Shown in pieces: positions 34,810 to 44,199 of a stretch of 64,000 nt of DNA (position 1 is the first letter of the stretch; each line of letters opens with the position of its first letter). The notes below the pieces were generated by a model, which did no database searches, was not told where the DNA came from, and was given only the letters and a program-made list of their open reading frames with translations. Position numbers and translations under genes: made by a program. This DNA is from Dipteris shenzhenensis (lineage: Eukaryota): the NCBI GenBank assembly GCA_047967505.1, contig CM106538.1; one strand, 5' to 3'.

Positions 34810-37500
34810 AACATGTGTGGGGGTTAAAGACCACCGTACCTTAACCTTGGTTATGTACAATACTCAAACACATGTATATATATGGATGAAATAGAAGATT
34901 AGGGTGTTTTGCACCCACCAAAACTTGTGTCCCTCAAGCTCCCTCTCTCCCTCTCAGCTTCCGTTGTGTCCTCACAACTCGTATCAGAGCTTGGCAGTAG
35001 AGCCTGGCTATAGCGTGAGCAGCCTCGTGCAGCCTCTAGCTTGAAGAGAGAGTGGTGCATCCCAAAGATCCTTGCTCAGTAGGAGGAGTTGCAGATTTTG
35101 GAGCTGCTATAACAATTGGAGAGAAAGGGGCAAAATCCTCTTGGGCATTTGTTTAGCCATGACTTCAACTACTTCGAGTTCTCAGGCCGCTCTTCCAAGG
35201 ACGTCCATGCCCATATTTTATTGTTTGAGAGTGCTTGGTGATGATGTAGGGTGCCCAGTATGGCAACACTCATTTCAACATGTTCACAAAGCTCAGTGCT
35301 TCCTTCCTAGCTTGGTATCATGAACAAAGGACCATAGTACATGTCCTCACCAAGCTTGGTTGTATGAACCAAAAAGACATGACGCTGGATGAATACGTGG
35401 CCAAGTTTTGATGGGTACCACAAGCCAATCCACTTGCTGTTGAAGTACCACAAGTGATGGTACCACAAGCCAATCCACTTGCTGTGGAAGTATTGAAATC
35501 CTATTGTTCACAATCTTAACAAGAAACTAAAACACACTGTGGTTTTTATATATATCACGACTCTTATCCTGGAGCATATTGTTGAGTGTGCACAACGGGT
35601 CGAGCAAGTGTTGTTGGGATTTCTTGGTGCTTTGGGTGAACCTTGTTCTTGGTAATTCATGTTGCAACTCTAAGGTCTAAAGAGGTGAAAAGCATTCAGC
35701 CACATGGCAATCTATCATAAAGCTATCAACATGGACATAAGGGCGGCTTAGCGTAGTCGGTTCCACCTTATTATTCCTCTCCATCACTTGTGGAGACGTC
35801 TCCATGATAGTCAGAAGTAGAGCATGCTTCATGAAGACAACCCAAGTTGATTGTTGGCTCGTGGTGCTGGCAGGTTCTCTACATCACTTGATGGTGGAGT
35901 GGCAACTGAATTTTAGCTTCAAGCAACAGCTATCTTGTGATAATGGAGTTCGCTCTAAATTGTCATGTGTCTTCAGTTATCTAGTACGTGTATGTGTCGA
36001 TAATGCAGTTCGCTCTAAATGGTCATGTGTCTTCAATTAGCTAGTACGTGGATGTGTCGATCTTTCTGTTGAGTCTATGATGGTCCTGTGTGGCACTTTA
36101 TCTTTTGGACCTATGTGAAGACATGTTGCTTGTGTCAGCAGAATGATTTCGGCTTGTATGGCGATGTATCTCACGGTTGTGTTTTGGCCTTTATCATTTT
36201 ATGCAGCTTGGATGCAATATCTTTGTTATAAGCCTTTGTGGCTTGAGTCGTTCATAGTTGTCATCATTGTATACCTCCACAACAAGTCCCAGAGGGATGC
36301 GTGGAGGTTTCTGTGTCATTACCATAATATAGTTTGGTCTTTAGTGTAAGCTTCCCTCACGATTCGTCTATACTTGGCTTTACATTTTATGTGAAATCGA
36401 TCATTTGCATCTCTGAAATCCAATAATTGGTATCAAAGCAATTTGACTCTAAGGGCTTGTGAGCGTTTATCTTGCCGTGAGGGTGTTCATGATTCTCATC
36501 AGAGGTTGTCATGACGGTTTGAATATCAGAGATTCAGTGATGAACCATTTGACTCACAAATCAGGTCAAGGATATTAAACCATCGTCAAGGAGTTTGTGT
36601 CACGGCAACTCAAGAAGCCGAGGAGTAACATTCGTAAGAAGGCACTGACCTATGAGCATTACAAAAGAAAGGGACGAAAATGCATTCAACATCGAGAACA
36701 AGGACTTGACTGTCGGAGCAGTAGAGAAAGGCCTCCGTTGAGGAAGAAGAATACAGAGAAAGTTTTGCAGTTGACCTCGAGGAAAAAAATGATTATGCCT
36801 TTTTAGCTTAGTTTCTCTTTTCTTGCTCTTTAGATCATTTCGCAAGTTTGGGATGGCAGTGTTTTCAGTTTCTCGCCCTTACTCAACGAAAGGAAGGTCT
36901 AAAGAGGTGGAAAGCATTCAGCCACATGGAAAGCTGCCATGCTATCAACGTGGACATAGGGTTGGCTTATCCTACTCAAGTTTAGATTATTCCTCTCCAT
37001 TATTCCTAGAGACGTCTCCATGAGAGTCAAAAGGATAGAATGCTTCATGAGATGTCTCCATGAGAATCAGAAGGACAACGTGCTTCATGAGATGTCTCCA
37101 TGAGAATCAGAAGGACAACGTGCTTCATGAAGATAACTCGAGTTACATTGGTTTGTAGGTTCTCTTCATCTCTTGACAGTGGATCAGCAACAACTGGTTT
37201 CTAACTTCAAGCAATAGCTATCTTGTGACGATGGAGCAGGTTCTCTTCATCTCTTGATAGTGGATCAGCAACAATTGGCTTTTAACTTCAAGCAATAGCT
37301 ATCTTGTGACAATGGAGCTATTGTAAATTGTTATGGGTCTTTGGTTAGTTAGTGGGTATGTGTGGTTGCTGTGTGTGTCAGTCTTTTTGCTGAGTCTATA
37401 TGAGCTTGTGTTGTGCTTCATCTTTCGGTCCAGCTGCTTGTGTCACATAGTTTCTGCCTGTGTGTCTCACGGCTGTGTGTTAGCCTTAATCTTTTTAAAT
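34810..37500 (+). mobile_element. Degenerate LTR-retroelement-derived region with internal duplications
   Basis: PBS-like TCGTATCAGAGC (~34979) and TGGTATCAAAGC (~36428). 35670-36120 is repeated at 36895-37400. Local tandem units of ~39, 60 and 80 bp. Confidence 0.45.
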
Positions 37501-37584
37501 GAATTGGGTTTCTTCAAGAGTCAAGACCAGCACCTCCACCACCTCATGTTATGCCTAACTAGGTGCTAAGAGTCACAAATATCA

Positions 37585-39430
37585 CTAACCGACCAAATGT
37601 GCATTTATAGTTCATAGTAGAAGACTGGGGTGTTACGAAAACTGAACTCAAACATGCTCACAAATTCAAGATTTACCAAAACCATAGAAACCAAGTACCA
37701 GGAAAAAAGTGGGAGAGAGAAAAGAAAGAGAGAGTGACACTGTATGGGGTCCCATTTGCCCCCCCTAGATGGTGGCTCTTGCTTCCCATCTAGAGTATTT
37801 ATAATATATAATTCCAAAAAGCAAAGAGCCAATAATAGTATATCCAAAAGCATCCCTTGTCCATAATTAGAGGGATTGCTCAACATAGCTCCACGAGCTT
37901 AAAATATCACGAGGCTTAAAATGCCCACATCCAAAATTTATAAAATAAATTAGCCCATGGCTTAAAATTCATAACTTTATATATGGCCCATGGCCTTTGA
38001 CAACCATTAGATACTTCGATCAATCCAAATCACCTTTACCATCTCCGTTCCTCGTTATCCAACTCATCATCTGTACTCAAGCAACCAATTGTGTTAGTTG
38101 TTACAATCAATTGATGAATCATCCCACCAACTAATCCTAACACAATTGTACACTTGATATACAGACATCAAAATACACACCTTGTGACTAATTGCAATAA
38201 CACCAGTAACACTAGCGACATTAGTATTAACATGGAATCACCCATAATACTAACCATCTAGCCTGGCAAAACACAAGTAGTTAGGCGTCCCCAACTAAAT
38301 CCCACAAAGCATCCACAAGGATCCCTGCCGCGTCCGGTGCGCTCCTATGGAATACTTTGCCATAGTCACACTTGACTAAAATAAAATAATTTCCATAGCA
38401 AGAAAAATTAGAAATACAATTCCGTAACATGGGGCTTATCATATCAGAGTATGGGATAGTAATGGAGTGAGACAAGGTGGAGCAAATTTGCAAAGACGCA
38501 TGTTTGATTAAAGGCAAGCAGTTGGCTAGATCCCTTTATTGGCATAGCAAAATGCTCTGACACCTTGCGGATGTAGCCGTGCCTCTCAATGCACAGCTCA
38601 ACAGGTGATGTTTTTTATATGGAACCTGGAGCGCGACCATGCCTTCTAGTATTTGAATCTCATGTTGCTAAAGCCTTGATTGTCCAGCCCCTAGGCTAGA
38701 CATTATCATTCCATGTATTTGTCGATGCGTCCTATATGGCTATTGGCATAGTGTTGATGGATCAGAAGATGAAGGGGTGTTACTAACCACTCTATTATGG
38801 AAGTTGAAGGTTATCTAAAGCTAAGAAGAACTACTGTACCATGGAAAGAGAGGCACATAGCATGATCTATGTTATGAAGAAGTTGGGGTATTACCTCCTC
38901 AGTGGTAGCAAGCTCACTTTTCATGTGAACCATTCAATGCTATTGTACCTCATCAGCAGACAAAATATCATAGGGAAGTTAGCTCATTAAATGTTATGGT
39001 TGCAAGGATTTGACTTCTCTATTGTTCATGCTCCCCTTTCCATGCATGTGTTTATTGATTATCTATCTTGGCTAAAGAGTAGAGAGAGGCCCGACTTGTT
39101 CATTGATGAATTCTTGGATGCTAGCCTATTCAAGGTTAAGGTAGCTACGCAAGACGATGTTTCAAAGTGCTCGTCAAATGGCACATGATCATGCAAAAGA
39201 AGTCCACCATCTACTAAGCTCAAGCCAATGGCCAAGCAAGAGTCATCCAACAAAATAATGCAGACAGTCATAAGGAAGGTAGTTAATGAGAATCGGATCG
39301 ATTGGGTCCAAGAGCTACATTCCACCTTGTGGACCTTTAGGACAGCATACAAGGTCATGACCAAGATCATCCCTTTCAAGATGGTGCATGGGCTTGAGGG
39401 GGTGTGTCTTTTCTTTGAGCATTTGGTGTG
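37585..39430 (+). mobile_element. Degenerate Gypsy (non-chromovirus, Athila/Tat-like) RT-RNaseH-integrase, split by a solo LTR
   Basis: KCAF...G|LIISEYGI across the insertion, FHVFVDAS, KNYCTMERE, WLQGFDF, DWVQELHSTLWTFRTAYK. Confidence 0.75.
37631..38429 (-). mobile_element. Solo LTR (799 bp) related to the LTRs at 50890 and 55657
   Basis: TGTTACG...CGTAACA termini and TSD TGGGG at 37626-37630 and 38430-38434. Long similarity to 50985-51570. Confidence 0.88.
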
Positions 39431-39739
39431 AGCAATATTTTTTGAGCATGGTGTACATTGTCTTTAGATAGATAATTTTGTTGCAGCATTGTAGACCCCT
39501 TTAGTCACAAAACCACCCCACACAGATGCTATATTTTAATGACCATTTGACCACATTAAACATCTTACCAATTCAGCTTGCAAATATGTAATGTTTTGTT
39601 GACATTCCAATTAAACATATGGTTTATGAGCTCAGCCCTTTATTCACAATACTACCCTACATGTTTACTTAATTTTAGCTAGCATGCTCTCAATTAAACA
39701 TCCATAATGCATGCTTCCTAGAAGTAACATTTGAAAAAA

Positions 39740-40180
39740 AGAAGCCCAAATGTCCCTTTCTTCAAAGGAAGGGTCCTTTGGGCCTATTTTATTTATAGGG
39801 CCCATGTGGCCCAAAAGCCCCTTTCGTGGAAGAAAGGGATATTTGGGCCTCTGTTTTTCACATGGTCCATGTAAAGAGAAGGCCCAAAGAGCTCTTTCTT
39901 CGACAAAAGGGTTTTTCGGCTACTTTTTTTCAAATGAAAGCAGCTCAAAAACCCCTTTCGTTGAAGAAAGGCCAATCTTTGGGCCTCTTTGTTTTCCATG
40001 GACCATGGAAAACAAAGAGGCCCAAAGACAAACGTTTTTGCGACTGCAATCCATGGAAAACAAAGAGGCCCAAAGACCGGTTTTGAGCTGCTTTCATTTG
40101 TTAAAAAGCAGCCCGAAAACCCCTTTCGCCGAAGAAAAGCAGTCCATGAAAAACAAAGAGGCCCAAAGATCCCTTTCTTC
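39740..40180. repeat. Array of ~26-bp direct and inverted repeats (DNA-transposon subterminal-like)
   Basis: CCATGGAAAACAAAGAGGCCCAAAGA at 40003, 40051 and ~40144, inverted at 39976-40001, with degenerate copies upstream. Confidence 0.8.
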
Positions 40181-40415
40181 AATGAAAGTGGTTTTTGGGT
40201 TGCTTACATAAAAATGCATAATTCGTTGTTTAAAGGATTTGGTATATACATTTCCTATTGTTTTTTCCAATTATCTATCATTGAGATAAAGAGGTTATGA
40301 ATTGATAAGGGTACTATTAACAGTGAAGAATCGAGATATCATTACATTGCTATGAGTATAGGGATGTTGCCGTGGGTACGAGGATGGATTAGTACAAATC
40401 CTAGACTGTAAGTTA

Positions 40416-40888
40416 TTTTATGTCTTTAGTTAATACATATCCATGTAACATTGTGGATCTACTTTATGTTGTGCATCCCCACAAATCTTGGACCACGAGA
40501 AAGATTTTTTATGTCTTTAATACATATCCATGTAACATTGTGGATCTAGTTTATGTTGTGCATTGCCACATTTTTTATATCCATTACATTGAGATCCTAG
40601 ACAATGTTATAATTTGATTCTCATAAGGTTTTATGTTCATAATCTATGACACTAAATAGTAGTTTCTTTTGGGTAAAAGGGGCCATGGTTTATTGGTGGG
40701 GAGAGCAAAGGTCAAAGATTTTGTATGTCTTTAATACATATCTATGTAACATTGAGGATCTAGTTTATGTTTGTACATTGCCACATTTATTAGATTGAGA
40801 TCCTGGACAATGTTATGATTTGATTCTCATAAGTTTGCATGTTCATAATCTATGACACTAAATAGTAGTTTCTTTTGGGTAAAAAGGG
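40416..40888. repeat. Imperfect tandem duplication (one partial plus two ~170-bp copies)
   Basis: TATGTCTTTAATACATATC.ATGTAACATTG.GGATCTA at ~40419, 40510 and 40724. CATAATCTATGACACTAAATAGTAGTTTCTTTTGGGTAAAA occurs twice. Confidence 0.85.
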
Positions 40889-42477
40889 CATCTGTAACTA
40901 AACATTCTAACTTATAAAACATTGACCCTCGCTATTAAATTGCTAGGATGACTTTTAGCTCTCTAAACCAAAAACTAATTACTTAGGGAGCCTTCTTCTT
41001 TTGGAGTTACTACTCTTACCTTTTTCTCATCTTTCAAATTCTTGACAACTTGAAGTTCAATCTACAATAAGATACAAATCAAATTTACATGAAAACTGAA
41101 AATTCAATTTCTAGAGTAAGATACAACTTGATAGTTACCTTTTGAATACAATTATAATCAGCTTCAAATTCTGTAAATTTTGTCAATTTTCTAGTAAAGT
41201 GCCCATCATACTTGGAGATCAAATGAACTAATGTGCAGTACCATGCAATCAAATGAGTTGAAACATATTGTTTAAAAAAAAGAAAGACTCTTGAATCAGC
41301 AGATTTCCAATTCTCATTATTAACGTAACAATCACTGAAATTCTAATCTGTAAGCACAATAAAGTGTCAATCATACCATCGCATTTGTGTGCACAAAAAT
41401 TCAAAAAAAACCCAACTCTTTGGCAGAGTCATAGTACCAAGGCTTAGGTGTCCTTTTTTGTTTAGTCTTCTTGTCCTAAACTCTTAACGTGGCTTGAATT
41501 GGAGGACTCCTAAGAAGAAGGCATCACTATAGGTCTTACCACTTGATTTCTAAATCAAAGGTATTGTCTACACTCTTGCTAGAAATCTAGAATAGAGCTA
41601 TACACCTCAATACAAAAATCATTTGATGGTGAAACAAATAATACCATGTGCAGTAGGCAAATAGACCCTGAGCAAACTCCGCACACAATCAAGAAGACAT
41701 GGCTACACAAAAATGTCCACGTACTTCTGGGATTTTCCATAGTTTTCAAACTTAGTTTTGATCTAAATTCTGTCTAAGAAATCAACCCTTATGCAGAAAA
41801 GCAAACTAGACGTAAAAAGCAAGGAAGAGGATTAAAGTTAATGCCATATCCATCTGCAATGGCAAATTGTAAACATTCTTTTGGAAAGACAGCAGGCGTA
41901 AGGATAGGTGGCCAAGTAGCTGTAGCAAGCCCTGAAAATGACAATCTTTATCTCTCTGGAAGGGTGAAGTAGAACAGGTCGCTAACCAGTTGCGGCAGAT
42001 CACAATTGCCATCTCTTGCATAAAGATCTCTCTAAAAAGACAACAGTCGTAAGAACAGGTCACCAACCACGTGTACAAAGCCCCAAAGATGACGATGTCT
42101 CTTGAAAGACTCTAGTCGTGAGAGGCCGTTGCAAAGCAAGTGCAATCCCTCGAATGCAGAAGGAACATGAGCAAAGAAGGTAGACGGCATGCAAGCTGAT
42201 GAAGCAGCATGCGAAGGAACACGGAGGCAACGTCCAAAAGAAGACCAGAAAGGAAGAGCTAAAGTAGACCTGACCCTGGCAAACAAAACACGGTTACACC
42301 TAACAACTAACCTGAAACCATCCGGAAGGAAATATAAACCTTCAGCATAAGGTCTGAGGAGAATCAATTATGAGTTTCTGTTTATCTTATTACTCGTGTT
42401 TGCACTGTATTCCAGTCACAGCGCCATTGTGCATACACAGGCAAGCCGTCTCCATGCTATTCCCGACCGACCCCAAC

Positions 42478-43803
42478 TTACAACTTTGATCTGAATACTC
42501 CATTCTTGCTCGTCCTGGGAGCCCCTTTCGGCTGCCCAATCCCTTCCAGCACGCTGTACTGCTTCCACAGTGGTATCACCCCTTGCAAATACTGCATAAA
42601 CTTCCACAACCCAACCCTCATCTCCACATTCCCATACCTATCCATCTTCTGCTCTGGGTACCCGATCCCGCATCCGAACAGACCTGGGGCGATAATACCA
42701 CAGTGAGCGTTGTAGGGATGATGAGGGGGCAGTCCCTCTATCCCCCGTGCGATCTCTCTCCTGTCAAACCCTGTTGCATAGACGACCTTAGTGCAGAAGG
42801 GGAGATAGTGGGCGATGGACTTGTCATCAGAGAAGGCGCGCACGAGACGGTCAGGTAATTCTCCGTGCAGATTCTCTCGACTCCACCTCGCTGTATCACC
42901 CTTCAACCCGGTATCATCAAACAATATCCAATCGTCCATATACAAAGCATACCGAAGAGGCTGTTTATATAGGTTGATCACCTTCTTCACAGGGGTGCTC
43001 TCTAGCAGGCTCCTTATAAGGATGACGGCAGTGTGAGAGGAGCCAAAGATGGCGACGGTGTCGGAGGAATTAATGGAGGAGGAGAGGAGGGAGAAGTTGA
43101 GGGCGGTGGTGATAGGGATGACTTGAACGTAGGGGAGGGAACGGTGGAAGGGGAGGGAACGAGGGAGAGCACCGGTGGCGAGGATCACGTTGGAGGCGAC
43201 GAAGGAGGAGGAGGAGGAGGAAGAGGAGGAGACGATGCATTCCCACTTAGCATCCTTCTCTCTCAGTTGCTCGACCTCTCCTTCCACACTCACCACCTTC
43301 TTCCTGAGCGTCTGCGTGATGTCGCGCAGAGGCTCTGCGGCCACATCCAACAAGCAAGTCTCCTGCTCGCCCATGTCCTCGATGGCATATCTCCTGCTGC
43401 GGCTGCTGAATTCGAAGGATTGACACTGACGATAGAAGCGGAGGAAGAGGCCGACGGTGGTATTGGAGGAGACGTATTTCCAATTGGTGCCGAAGTCGCC
43501 GACAGAGAAGGAGCGGTCGATCCAGAGGAGGGAGAAGGGGGGGATGGAGGAGTCGAGCAGAAGGCCGACGGCGGCGATGCCCGCAGGGCCAGCGCCTACG
43601 ACACACCATTGGTAAGAAGGAGGTGGCGCCACGGAGGTGGGTTTGGGAGCGACGGTGGTGGTGGAGGAGGAATAGGAGTTGCCACGTGTGGGTGAGGAGG
43701 GACAACCATGACTTGACGGAGCACTACTACGTCGAGACCAGGCGTTGGTTGTGTTGAGTGAGAGCAATGTCTTGGACATGGTTTCACGACAACTCTTGGA
43801 CAT
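42478..43803 (-). CDS. Intronless FAD/NAD(P)-dependent oxidoreductase (two-Rossmann, pyridine nucleotide-disulphide oxidoreductase/class B monooxygenase-like fold), 441 aa, with N-terminal extension and C-terminal SKL
   Basis: Longest intact ORF in the window. Motifs VVGAGPAG (FAD), VILATG, VAIFGSSHTA (second dinucleotide site), VVYATGF and PGLFGCG. GC/CpG-richer than its flanks. Confidence 0.9.
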   Translation of the reverse strand: MSKSCRETMSKTLLSLNTTNAWSRRSSAPSSHGCPSSPTRGNSYSSSTTTVAPKPTSVAPPPSYQWCVVGAGPAGIAAVGLLLDSSIPPFSLLWIDRSFSVGDFGTNWKYVSSNTTVGLFLRFYRQCQSFEFSSRSRRYAIEDMGEQETCLLDVAAEPLRDITQTLRKKVVSVEGEVEQLREKDAKWECIVSSSSSSSSSFVASNVILATGALPRSLPFHRSLPYVQVIPITTALNFSLLSSSINSSDTVAIFGSSHTAVILIRSLLESTPVKKVINLYKQPLRYALYMDDWILFDDTGLKGDTARWSRENLHGELPDRLVRAFSDDKSIAHYLPFCTKVVYATGFDRREIARGIEGLPPHHPYNAHCGIIAPGLFGCGIGYPEQKMDRYGNVEMRVGLWKFMQYLQGVIPLWKQYSVLEGIGQPKGAPRTSKNGVFRSKL

Positions 43804-44199
43804 GGTTGGTCACAGCAGGGATGTCCTCGCTCTCATATTGGATGTCTTTTCTCTCACTCCCTAAGCAAGTTCCTCTTGGTAATCTCAACAAAAAGAGGTG
43901 GGGAGGTGTAAGTGTCTCAAACTTCTAGAATTCCTCAACGATGTGTGACTAATGCACTAGTACTCGATAAGATCGAGTTGCCCCCCTTGCTTTTATAAAA
44001 AAATGCAAACTGTAAAGCTTTGGTGCATGATGAAAGGAGTTTTTTATGGATCGCATAAAATATATGATGGTGCATGAAAGGAGTTTTTTATGGATTGCAT
44101 AAAATATCTGATTCTTCAGTGGTGCAGAATTGAGAATCTTGAGGAGTGGCCAAAGAGGACCATAGGCATGAACACCTAACAAATAAGGTGGGACCCATT

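Noticed and set aside
42276-42311. Second intron (GTTAGT...TTTGCCAG) downstream of the oxidoreductase
   Set aside because: At about 36 nt it is too short for a typical plant intron.
43033-43695. 220-aa Gly/Glu-rich plus-strand ORF and other ORFs overlapping 42400-43800
   Set aside because: These are antisense or alternate-frame shadows of the GC-rich oxidoreductase CDS.
42478-43803. Calling the gene YUCCA/FMO, thioredoxin reductase or glutathione reductase
   Set aside because: It has no FxGxxxHxxxY/F motif and no redox-active CxxC/CxxxxC pair, so no gene symbol was assigned.
42478-43803. Bacterial contaminant fragment in the assembly
   Set aside because: It is a single gene with no operon neighbours, has eukaryote-style termini and a poly-Ser tract, and sits between plant repeats. 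Read-level confirmation is still needed.
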